Below are positions 37,578 to 45,418 of a stretch of DNA of 64,000 bases, piece by piece (within the stretch, counting starts at the first letter, position 1; the number at the start of each line of letters is the position of its first letter). Made by a program: the position numbers and the translations under genes. This stretch comes from Syntrophaceae bacterium (lineage in GTDB: Bacteria > Desulfobacterota > Syntrophia > Syntrophales > UBA2192): positions 101,244 through 165,243 of the forward strand of contig JABLXY010000003.1 of assembly GCA_013177795.1 (NCBI GenBank). Reading direction: 5' to 3'. The notes under the pieces were generated by a model. The model did no database searches. It saw nothing but the letters and a program-made list of their open reading frames with translations, and was not told the origin of the DNA.

Positions 37578-38108
37578 TCAGAGTTTGCTCATTCCCCTCT
37601 GCCGGAGCCTCTCCCGCTTGGATGTCCGATGGGAGGGGCCTTTTTTCTTCGTTCCCCGCGGCGGCGGGGAGTCCTCCCCGTCGTCCTTGTCGCGAAGGTC
37701 CGGGACCGGCGCCGGTGCAACCCGGGGCCGGCGGATTCGTTCCTCGAATTCGCGCGAGGCGATGGCGACGGCCCCGGCACGCGCGGCGGCATCCATGACG
37801 GGACGGTCCGAGGTGACCACGATCGTCTCGCCGGCGTGCCCCCGTGCCAGTCTCTTGATGACCTCGTCCGCCTTCTCCCCGCGGCGGGAGTAGATGATGT
37901 CGATGCCCGATTCCCGGTCTCGTTCCTCCTGGGGAGGGCCCCCGAGCCAGCCGTCAAAGACGACGGTGATGCGGTGCCCCACGGCCCTCCGGTAGCCGGC
38001 CAGCATCCGGACGAGGGCCTTGCGGCCCGCATCAAGGCCCTGACGCTCATGGGCCCGCAGGGTGTCCGATTGCCGGATCAGGTTGTAGCCGTCGATGATG
38101 AGATGCAT
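37578..38108 (-). CDS. NYN-domain RNase family protein (YacP/Rae1-like, DUF901)
   Basis: MHLIIDGYNLIRQS..., ITVVFDG and VVTSDR motifs typical of YacP-like PIN/NYN nucleases. The ATG at 38108 is preferred over the TTG at 38123. Confidence 0.75.
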   Translation of the reverse strand: MHLIIDGYNLIRQSDTLRAHERQGLDAGRKALVRMLAGYRRAVGHRITVVFDGWLGGPPQEERDRESGIDIIYSRRGEKADEVIKRLARGHAGETIVVTSDRPVMDAAARAGAVAIASREFEERIRRPRVAPAPVPDLRDKDDGEDSPPPRGTKKKGPSHRTSKRERLRQRGMSKL

Positions 38109-38115
38109 GACAAAC

Positions 38116-38213
38116 AGGCTCAAGGCTGAAGGCTAAAGGCAAAAGGCCTGGGGCGCGGGGAATGCTTTCTTCTTTCTTTCCATCAGCTCTATGCCCTTCG
38201 CCTTATGCCTTTT
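38116..38213. repeat. Family B repeat element with inverted arms
   Basis: aggctca aggctga aggctaa aggcaaa aggcc ... gctctatgcccttcgccttatgccttttt. Confidence 0.6.
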
Positions 38214-38292
38214 TGTACAATACCCCACTCGACCGGAGCCTTCAATAGGCCGCGGGTAAAAAAACAAAGCGGGGCGGGTGCAGAAAAAAAAG

Positions 38293-38320
38293 TGGACATT
38301 CGCCCCCAAAGCCGTATAAT
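38293..38320 (+). promoter_or_regulatory. Candidate sigma70 promoter for the DHH phosphoesterase gene
   Basis: TGGACA (38293-38298), 16-nt spacer, perfect TATAAT (38315-38320). Leaves an approximately 170-nt GC-rich leader. Confidence 0.5.
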
Positions 38321-38495
38321 CGCCCCTACGCCTCAGCGACCCGGGGTCTTCGGTCCGGGTCCGGGCTGTTTCGGCGGGTTCTGGGAGGCGCAACGAGGAC
38401 CGGGCGCATCGTCGCACCCGGGGCCCCGCGCAGCCGGGTGAAGGAACCGGGATCGGCCGATCGGTGCCGCGGCGTTCAAGCGGCACCCTGACATC

Positions 38496-39611
38496 ATGGC
38501 TCAGAACGGCACGAACAACCAGACCCGTCTCGAAAGGCTCTACGAGGTCGTTCGGGGCAAGCGCAAGGTCCTGATTGTCACGCACAATCACCCCGACCCC
38601 GATGCGCTTGCCGCGGCGTTTGCTCTCAAGTACCTCCTCCATGCGAAGTGGAAGGTTGGTGCGATCATCGCCTCGAGCGGCGTCGTGGGACGCGCCGAGA
38701 ACCGGGCCATGATCCGCCACCTGAAAATCGACCTCCGCTCCCTCTCCGAGGTCAATCTCGGCAATTTCAGCGTCATTGCCCTCGTGGACACGCAGCCGGG
38801 GGCCGGGAACAACTCGCTGCCCCGCTCCGTCATCCCCGACATCGTCATCGACCATCACATGCCCTTCCGGGCCAGGACCCGCCAGGCGAAGTACTACGAC
38901 ATCCGGACCGATTACGGGAGCACCTCGACGATCCTCGCGGAGTACCTGCGGGACGCGGGCATCACGGAGGTGGACCGGAAGGTGGCCACGGCGCTTCTCT
39001 ACGGGGTCCGTTCCGACACCCGTGACCTCGGGCGCGGGGTGAGCGTGAAAGACATCGACGCCTGCATGTACTACTACAACAGGGTTCTCTTCCGCCTCCT
39101 GTCGCAGATTGAGCATCCGGAAGTGCCTCGGGACTACCTGAGCATGCTGGAGAAGGCCATCAGCAGCGCCCGGCTCTACAGGGACGCGGTCATCCTGAAC
39201 CTGGGCCATGTGGAACACCTGGAAATCATCGCGGAGATGGCCGATCTCATCGTCCGCACCGAGGGGGTCAAGTGGGTCCTCTCCATGGGTGAATTCGTCG
39301 GGGACGTCTATTTCTCGCTTCGGACGAAGAGGCGCCGGGGATCGGCGGACCGGATCGCCCAGAAAATGGTGGCGGACTTGGGGACCGGCGGCGGGCACGA
39401 GATGATGGCCGGCGGGAAGGTCCCGGCAGGCGAGAAGCCCCGCCACACCTTCGAGGAACTGACGGAGATCCTGGTGGCGAGATTCCTCAAGGCCATCAAG
39501 CGCAAAGACTCGAAGGCGGAAAGCCTTTTGGCCTACAGCCGCGAGGCCGCCGGGCCGCGGAAGGCGGAGCCGGTTGAGGCACCCGGTGAAGAAAGGAAGT
39601 TGGGAAGTTGA
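38496..39611 (+). CDS. DHH/DHHA1 family phosphoesterase (second paralogue in the window)
   Basis: HNHPDPDALAAA, LVDTQP, IDHH and GGGHEMMAGG motifs. Confidence 0.8.
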   Translation: MAQNGTNNQTRLERLYEVVRGKRKVLIVTHNHPDPDALAAAFALKYLLHAKWKVGAIIASSGVVGRAENRAMIRHLKIDLRSLSEVNLGNFSVIALVDTQPGAGNNSLPRSVIPDIVIDHHMPFRARTRQAKYYDIRTDYGSTSTILAEYLRDAGITEVDRKVATALLYGVRSDTRDLGRGVSVKDIDACMYYYNRVLFRLLSQIEHPEVPRDYLSMLEKAISSARLYRDAVILNLGHVEHLEIIAEMADLIVRTEGVKWVLSMGEFVGDVYFSLRTKRRRGSADRIAQKMVADLGTGGGHEMMAGGKVPAGEKPRHTFEELTEILVARFLKAIKRKDSKAESLLAYSREAAGPRKAEPVEAPGEERKLGS

Positions 39612-39693
39612 GAAGTTGTGAAGTTTGGGGAAATGTCACTCTTTGTTGCTGATCCCTGTCGTTTCTCAGCTTCCCAGCTTCCTAACTTCTCAA
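39588..39693. repeat. Family C repeat element with inverted arms
   Basis: gaagaaag gaagttgg gaagttga gaagttgt gaagtttg ... ctcagctt cccagctt cctaactt ctcaacgt. Supplies the last codons (EERKLGS) of the DHH gene. Confidence 0.65.
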
Positions 39694-39715
39694 CGTCATA
39701 CAAGCCTGCCTGAGA

Positions 39716-40381
39716 CTATCGCGTCCCGCCGAGTATCGCTTTCATCCGGGCAATCGTGTCAGCATAAGACGGGCTGCCGAACACGGCGGCGCCGGCCACG
39801 AAGATGTCTGCGCCGGCCTCTGCGAGGCTTCCGATGTTCTCCGGCGTGACCCCCCCGTCGACCTCGATGGCCGTCCCCAGGCCGAGGCTGCGCACCTTTT
39901 CCCGGGCCTTTCGGATCTTGGGCAGCATCCCCGGGATGAACGTCTGTCCGCCGAACCCGGGGTTCACCGTCATGATCAGCAGCAGGTCGATGTCCGGCAG
40001 GATCTCCTCGATGCAGGACAGCGGCGTCGAGGGGTTCAGGGACACCCCGGCCTTGATCCCCCTTCCTTTGATGTAGTGCACCGTCCGGTGCAGGTGGATG
40101 ACCGCCTCGGCGTGGACCGTGATGATGTCGCTGCCGGCCTCGGCAAAGGCATCGATGTAGCGGTCCGGCTCCTCGATCATGAGATGCACGTCGAAGGGGA
40201 GTTTTGTCGTCTTTCGCAGGGACGCGACGACGCCGGGGCCGATCGTGATGTTCGGGACGTAGTGGCCGTCCATGACGTCCACGTGGATGAGATCGGCGCC
40301 GGCCTTCTCCACGGCCTTGATCTCCTCCCCCAGCCTGCTGAAATCGGCGGAGAGGATGGACGGGGCGATCTGCTTTTTCAT
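39716..40381 (-). CDS. rpe: Ribulose-phosphate 3-epimerase
   Basis: IAPSILSADFSRLGEEI...HVDVMDGHYVPNITIGP...MTVNPGFGGQ. Confidence 0.95.
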   Translation of the reverse strand: MKKQIAPSILSADFSRLGEEIKAVEKAGADLIHVDVMDGHYVPNITIGPGVVASLRKTTKLPFDVHLMIEEPDRYIDAFAEAGSDIITVHAEAVIHLHRTVHYIKGRGIKAGVSLNPSTPLSCIEEILPDIDLLLIMTVNPGFGGQTFIPGMLPKIRKAREKVRSLGLGTAIEVDGGVTPENIGSLAEAGADIFVAGAAVFGSPSYADTIARMKAILGGTR

Positions 40382-40518
40382 CGAGGGTTTCCTTGTACAA
40401 GTTCCGTCCTCTCCCCTCCGCGGGAGAGGATGGAGGTGAGGGGGAACTCCACTTCCTCCTCCCGCCAGGGGAGGAGAACAGAGGTGCAGGCCCTGTTTCC
40501 GATACAGTGCCGCTTTCC

Positions 40519-41256
40519 TTAAAAGCGCAGGACGACCGGCGGGTAGACCCTTCCCGTATCCGCCTCGCGCAGCCGCAGCCGGAGCTCCTGGGCCTTCTTG
40601 GCCTCCCCGGGGAAGAAGACGAACCCGTGGGCAATCTCCTGCGGCGCCACGGCCCTGCGCTCCAGGGAGCGCGTCCTGAGATCCTCGCGGATCTGCCGCT
40701 GGACGTCGCCGTCCGACATGGCCTGCGAGCCCCCCAGGACGGCCCCGGTTGCCGCCCCGGCGGCCGCCCCCTTCATGGCGGCATCGCCCACGCCCTGGCC
40801 GCTCACGATCCCGATCGCCGCGCCGATGATGCCTCCCGCCACGGCCCCGAGGGCGCCGTACTTTGCCGCGCCCGGGGCGACTTCGCCGAGCTCCGTCCTC
40901 TTCGCGATGCGGTCGTAGGCGAGCCTGGCGTCGAGAACCTGCCAGGCGTTGTTCTCCACGTCGATGAGGATCGTCTGCTCCGCTACGATCTCGAGGGGAT
41001 GGTTCCCCTTGTTGTCGAATACGACTTGGATCGGGAGGATATCGGGCCGGATGTCGAACCCGAACGCATTCTGGGCTTCCTCACGGTTGTCCCATGCCCT
41101 GGAGGCCACGACGGCGCCGCCGACGGTCGTTGCATTGGGATAGGCCTGCGGCATCTTGAAGGGTACGACCTGCCTCTGGTAGCGGGCGCAGGACACGAGC
41201 AGGGCTGCAACGATCAGAGCGACGGCGGTGCCGATGAGTGCTTTTCTGGCGTTCAT
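40519..41256 (-). CDS. Lipoprotein with central glycine-zipper segment, function unknown
   Basis: Lipobox ALLVSC after a signal peptide, GGAGAG SD, and a Gly/Ala zipper GALGAVAGGIIGAAIGIVSGQGVGDAAMKGAAAGAATGAVLGG. Confidence 0.7.
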   Translation of the reverse strand: MNARKALIGTAVALIVAALLVSCARYQRQVVPFKMPQAYPNATTVGGAVVASRAWDNREEAQNAFGFDIRPDILPIQVVFDNKGNHPLEIVAEQTILIDVENNAWQVLDARLAYDRIAKRTELGEVAPGAAKYGALGAVAGGIIGAAIGIVSGQGVGDAAMKGAAAGAATGAVLGGSQAMSDGDVQRQIREDLRTRSLERRAVAPQEIAHGFVFFPGEAKKAQELRLRLREADTGRVYPPVVLRF

Positions 41257-41531
41257 GGGGGATTCTCTCCGTTTGCGATGATGCGCATTCTTGCGTGATT
41301 TCGGGCTCTTTGGAGCCGATGCCCAAACTACACCATTCACCGGGGGTTGTCAATCACGGAGGGCTCAAGGCAAGAGGCCGGGGGATTTGGACTCCCCTTC
41401 ACCCTTGGCCGCAAGCCACGCGCCGCATGCCGTCTGGAAACGCATGATCCGCCGCATGCGTTGACGACCCGGGCCCGGAAGCCGGATAAAGCGGGCTTGA
41501 CAGTGCCCGGGAACCGCATTATCGTCGGGCG

Positions 41532-42866
41532 GTGCTCATCATGCTCTACAACCTTGTCCTGCTGGCGGGCTTCGCGCTCCTTGCGCCGTATTACGCATTC
41601 AAGATTCTCGTGGCGGGGAAGTACCGCCGCAGCATCGGGCCGAAGCTGGGCAGGATGCCCCGGGAGACCCTTTCCGCCATCCAGGGCCGTCCGCGGGTCT
41701 GGGTCCATGCCGTCTCCGTGGGCGAGGTCACGGCGGCGGCACCCATCGTGGCAGCGTTGAGGGGGAAACTCCCCCAGGCTTCCATTGTCCTTTCCACCGG
41801 AACGGAGACGGGCCAGGCCATGGCGAGAAAGCTCGTCCCCCAGGCAACGGCCTTCATGTATTTCCCCCTCGACCTTCCCTGGGTCGTCAAGGGTGTCATC
41901 GGCAGGATTTCCCCCGACATCGTCGTCCTGACGGAAACGGAGCTGTGGCCCAACTTCCTGCGGTGCTGCGTCAGGCGCGGAATCCCCGCCGTCATGGTCA
42001 ACGGGCGGATCTCCCCCCGCTCGTTCCGGCGGTATTCGCGGACGGCCTTTTTCTGGAAGGGGGTCCTCGCGTCGGTTGAGCGGTTCGGCGTGATCTCCGC
42101 GGTGGATGCCGAGCGCCTCCGCTCGATCGGGGCCGCGCCGGAGAAGGTCTCCGTCATGGGGAACGCCAAGTACGACAGTCTCGCCTCGCGGGTCAGCGGC
42201 GAGCTCTGGTCCCTCAAAGCCGCACAGCTCAGGGTGCCGCCCGGCATGCCCGTATTCGTGGCCGGCAGCACCCACGAGGGGGAAGAGACGGTTGTCTTGA
42301 GCGTGTACCGCGAGCTGCTGCGCGACTTTCCGGACCTGCGGCTCATTCTCGTCCCCCGTCACCCCGAGCGGGGTGCGGCCGTGCGCGATCTGGCCGCGGC
42401 CCAGGGGCATGCCTGCATCCTGATGAGCGAGATCCGGGCGGGCCGGGAGCCGGAGGGCGAGGTGGTCGTGGTCGACGTGATCGGCGAGCTCTTCGGCCTC
42501 TACAGCCTTGCTTCCGTGGTCTACTGCGGCGGGAGCCTCGTGCCGAAAGGGGGGCAGAACATCCTGGAGCCCGCCGCCTGGGGCAAGGTCGTCTTCTACG
42601 GGCCTTCCATGGAGGACTTCCTGGACGAAAAGGCGCTCCTGGAGGAGGCCGGTGCCGGCATCTGCGTGCGCGACGAGAGGGAACTCCTCGACGGGATGAA
42701 ACGCATCCTTTCGGATCCGGAAGAGCTCAGGCGCCGCGGGTCCGAGGGTCAGAGGCGGGTCCTGTCGAGCCGCGGCGCCGCGGAGCGCTACGCGGCGATG
42801 ATCATCCGGGCCCTGGGTGACAGGCAGCAGGCATCAGGCGGCAGGCAAAGCGGCCTCGGAGGTTGA
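41532..42866 (+). CDS. waaA: 3-deoxy-D-manno-octulosonic acid (Kdo) transferase
   Basis: LLAPYYAFKIL...VWVHAVSVGEV and C-terminal GT-B motifs (GGSLVPKGGQNILEPAA). GTG start at 41532 (alternative ATG at 41541). The last approximately 15 codons are Family A repeat. Confidence 0.88.
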   Translation: MLIMLYNLVLLAGFALLAPYYAFKILVAGKYRRSIGPKLGRMPRETLSAIQGRPRVWVHAVSVGEVTAAAPIVAALRGKLPQASIVLSTGTETGQAMARKLVPQATAFMYFPLDLPWVVKGVIGRISPDIVVLTETELWPNFLRCCVRRGIPAVMVNGRISPRSFRRYSRTAFFWKGVLASVERFGVISAVDAERLRSIGAAPEKVSVMGNAKYDSLASRVSGELWSLKAAQLRVPPGMPVFVAGSTHEGEETVVLSVYRELLRDFPDLRLILVPRHPERGAAVRDLAAAQGHACILMSEIRAGREPEGEVVVVDVIGELFGLYSLASVVYCGGSLVPKGGQNILEPAAWGKVVFYGPSMEDFLDEKALLEEAGAGICVRDERELLDGMKRILSDPEELRRRGSEGQRRVLSSRGAAERYAAMIIRALGDRQQASGGRQSGLGG

Positions 42867-43041
42867 TCCGTCGGCCGTTCTGCGGGCATCACCCTCTCGG
42901 ATCGGGCCTGATGCTTGCATATGTAACGGGTGCGCGATGACTGACCTGATCTGGACGGGTTCGGCGAAGCAGGCTTACTGGCCATCAGCCGACAAAATGC
43001 TTTTTTCTTTTCTGACGCCTGGGACCTGAAGCCTGGTGCCT
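42817..43041. repeat. Family A repeat element with widely separated arms
   Basis: Left arm gtgacaggcagcaggcatcaggcggcaggcaa (42817-48). Right arm tgacgcctgggacctgaagcctggtgcct (43013-41). Confidence 0.5.
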
Positions 43042-43050
43042 ATTTTGTTG

Positions 43051-43079
43051 TTGACAACCCGAAACCTTTCCTATATCTA
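43051..43079 (+). promoter_or_regulatory. Candidate sigma70 promoter of the oxidoreductase leader
   Basis: Perfect TTGACA (43051-56) followed after 15-17 nt by TATATCTA. Confidence 0.4.
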
Positions 43080-43108
43080 GGTGATACTTTGTGAGGAAAT
43101 CAGGCGAA

Positions 43109-43219
43109 ATGACGTCGATCGGTGCGGGAAGAGAGTTGCTGAGCCTCAACGGGCTATTGTGCCTCGCTCTGCTCCTGCTTCTGCGGACAACCCGATCGCC
43201 CGTCGTTTTTAGAATTTAG
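43109..43219 (+). CDS. Candidate 36-codon Leu-rich small ORF (leader peptide or small hydrophobic peptide)
   Basis: Hand translation gives MTSIGAGRELLSLNGLLCLALLLLLRTTRSPVVFRI. GAGGA lies 11 nt upstream of the ATG. The ORF sits between the candidate promoter and an intrinsic terminator, and is below the length cutoff of the ORF track. Confidence 0.35.
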   Translation: MTSIGAGRELLSLNGLLCLALLLLLRTTRSPVVFRI

Positions 43220-43240
43220 GGAATCGAAGACGAAATTCTA

Positions 43241-43274
43241 AAGGCCATGGGCAGGAAGCTCATGGCCTTTTTTT
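43241..43274 (+). terminator. Intrinsic terminator 34 nt upstream of the oxidoreductase start codon
   Basis: AAGGCCATG-(11 nt)-CATGGCCTT followed by TTTTTTT. Confidence 0.7.
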
Positions 43275-43307
43275 ATCGACCGGCAACACAAGGAGCGCAG
43301 GGGCACC

Positions 43308-43874
43308 ATGAAAGAGATCATCTGGTTCGGGCGGGGAGGCCAGGGCGCCGTCGTCGCCGCGCAGATTCTGGCGGAGTCGGCATACCTGGAGGGTTTCAAG
43401 GGCGTCACCTCGGCGCCGACCTTCGGCCCCGAGCGCCGCGGGGCACCGGTCACGGCCTCGACGCGCATCTCGGAAGAACCCATCCGGATGTTCTCCCAGG
43501 TTGAGATGGCCGACATCGGCATCGTGCTGGACGAGACCCTCCTCGGCGTCGTGGACGTGAAGGGCCGGATCCGCAAGGGCGGGACGGTCATCATCAACAC
43601 GTGCGCGAAACCCGCGGACGTGGGGTTCGACGGCGATTTCGACGTGGCCGTCGTCGACGCCACGGGGATCGCCCTGAAGCTCCGCCTCACGAAGGAAGGC
43701 GCTCCGGTGATCAACACGCCCATGCTCGGCGCCTTCGCGAAAGCCACGGAAATCGTCTCCCTGGGCAACATCGAGAAGGCCCTGCGCGGCAAGCTCCCGG
43801 CGGCGGCCGCTTCGCAGAACTTCGAGACGGTGCGGGCCGCCTACGAGGGAACGGTTGTGAAAAGGAAGGCGTAG
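43308..43874 (+). CDS. 2-oxoacid:ferredoxin oxidoreductase, gamma subunit
   Basis: IIWFGRGGQGAVVAAQILAESAY...FGPERRGAP is typical of POR/VOR gamma. AAGGAG SD. Confidence 0.88.
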   Translation: MKEIIWFGRGGQGAVVAAQILAESAYLEGFKGVTSAPTFGPERRGAPVTASTRISEEPIRMFSQVEMADIGIVLDETLLGVVDVKGRIRKGGTVIINTCAKPADVGFDGDFDVAVVDATGIALKLRLTKEGAPVINTPMLGAFAKATEIVSLGNIEKALRGKLPAAAASQNFETVRAAYEGTVVKRKA

Positions 43875-43889
43875 GGCAAAAGGCAAAAA
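43866..43889. repeat. Family B repeat, single arm, inside the oxidoreductase operon
   Basis: aaggcgt agggcaa aaggcaa aaac spans the gamma-subunit stop codon. Confidence 0.45.
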
Positions 43890-43919
43890 CCGATCACCAA
43901 GAGGCAGAGGCGAACGATT

Positions 43920-44213
43920 ATGAAGAAAAAAGACGAGAACATCTCCGCCATGTGCCGGCCCACCGTCGGCGAGGCGGGCAGGACCGGGGACTGGCGCGAC
44001 CTGAGGCCCGTCATCGATCACAGCAAGTGCACGCCTTCCGTCAAGAAGCGGCCCGCCTGCTACCTCTGCTGGCTCTACTGCCCCGAGGCGGTGGTCAAGG
44101 CGGGGATCCCCGTCGAGATCGACCTCGAGTACTGCAAGGGCTGCGGGATCTGCGCCGAGGAGTGCCCGTCCCGCGCCATCAGCATGGTGAGGGAGGACCA
44201 GTGCAATGACTGA
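43920..44213 (+). CDS. 2-oxoacid:ferredoxin oxidoreductase, delta (2x[4Fe-4S] ferredoxin) subunit
   Basis: CYLCWLYCP and CKGCGICAEECP cluster motifs. Confidence 0.88.
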   Translation: MKKKDENISAMCRPTVGEAGRTGDWRDLRPVIDHSKCTPSVKKRPACYLCWLYCPEAVVKAGIPVEIDLEYCKGCGICAEECPSRAISMVREDQCND

Positions 44214-45414
44214 CGCGCGCATCATCACCGGAAACCAGGCGGCGGCGCTCGCTGCACGGCTGTGCGACGTCCAGGTCATCGCCGCCTACCCCATCACCCC
44301 CCAGTCGCAGCTCGCCGAGATCCTTTCCCAATACGTGGAGAGCGGCCAGCTGCGCGCCGAGTACGTCCGGGTGGAGGGCGAGCACTCGGCCATGACGGTC
44401 TGCATCGGGGCCTCCACCGTCGGGGCGCGGGTCTTCACGGCCACGAGCGCCAACGGCCTGCTCTACATGCACGAGCAGCTGCACTGGGCGGCGGGCTCGA
44501 GGCTCCCCATCGTCATGTGCTGCGTCAACCGCGGCGTGGGCGCCCCCTGGTCGATCTTCAACGACCAGCAGGACTCGCTGGCCCAGCGCGACACGGGCTG
44601 GATCCAGCTCTACTGCCGCGACAACCAGGAGATCCTCGACACGGTGATCCAGGCCTACCGGATCGCCGAGACCGTCTACGCCCCCGTCATGGTGTGCTAC
44701 GACGGTTTCGTGCTCTCCCACACGATGATGCCCGTCATCGCCCCGTCCCCGGCGGCGGTGCGGAAGTTCCTGCCGCCCTACAAGCCCCACACGATCCTCG
44801 ACGCCGCGAACCCGCTGACCCTCAACTCGGTCCTCCTGCCCAACCGGCGCCCCGATGCCGAGGGGACCCTCTGCGACGGCTACATGGAGATGCGCTGGAA
44901 GCTGCAAAACGCCCTCGAAAAGGCGCCGGAGGTCATCCGCGAGGTGAACCGCCTCTACGCGGAGGCCTTCGGGCGCGACCACGGCGGCATGCTCTGGACA
45001 TACCGGACGGAGGACGCCGACGTGATCCTCTCGAGCATGGGGTCGCTCGCCGCCGAGGCGACGGTGGCCGCCGACGCCCTGCGCGGTGAGGGGATACGGG
45101 CCGGCGTCGTGGGGATCCGTTCCTATCGGCCTTTCCCGGCGAAGGAGGCCGTCGAGGCCTTCCGGAACGCCCGGGCCATCATCCTCTTCGAGAAGAGCAT
45201 CAGCTACGGCTACGAGGGGGGGCTGTGCTCCGATCTCAAGGCCGCCTTCTACGGCAGCGGGATCCAGGCGCCCATCCACGATCACGTGGCGGGCCTCGGG
45301 GGCCGTGACGTGAAGGCAAGGGAACTGGTGGAAGCCGTCAAGTCGTCCCTGGCCCGGATCCAGGCGGGCGAGCGGAATCTGAGAACCACCTGGCTCAATT
45401 GCGCCACGGAGTGA
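44206..45414 (+). CDS. 2-oxoacid:ferredoxin oxidoreductase, alpha subunit
   Basis: ITGNQAAALAARLCDVQVIAAYPITPQS...EGEHSAM is typical of POR/VOR alpha. Confidence 0.9.
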   Translation: MTDARIITGNQAAALAARLCDVQVIAAYPITPQSQLAEILSQYVESGQLRAEYVRVEGEHSAMTVCIGASTVGARVFTATSANGLLYMHEQLHWAAGSRLPIVMCCVNRGVGAPWSIFNDQQDSLAQRDTGWIQLYCRDNQEILDTVIQAYRIAETVYAPVMVCYDGFVLSHTMMPVIAPSPAAVRKFLPPYKPHTILDAANPLTLNSVLLPNRRPDAEGTLCDGYMEMRWKLQNALEKAPEVIREVNRLYAEAFGRDHGGMLWTYRTEDADVILSSMGSLAAEATVAADALRGEGIRAGVVGIRSYRPFPAKEAVEAFRNARAIILFEKSISYGYEGGLCSDLKAAFYGSGIQAPIHDHVAGLGGRDVKARELVEAVKSSLARIQAGERNLRTTWLNCATE

Positions 45415-45418
45415 AGCC

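Noticed and set aside
42927-42975. TPP-riboswitch-like string (CGGGTGC ... CTGA ... ACCTGATCTGGA ... GGCG) upstream of the TPP-dependent oxidoreductase.
   Set aside because: The match is limited to the ACCTGATCTGGA box. The P3 stem, the CUGAGA...ACCC pairing partner and the closing AGGGA are missing. The segment lies inside a Family A repeat element and upstream of the predicted promoter. This is probably chance, though a cmscan would settle it.
43247-43504. 85-aa tracked ORF starting within the leader terminator and overlapping the gamma subunit gene.
   Set aside because: The start codon lies inside the terminator stem. The ORF is out of frame over a well-supported gene and its composition is Arg/Gly-rich.
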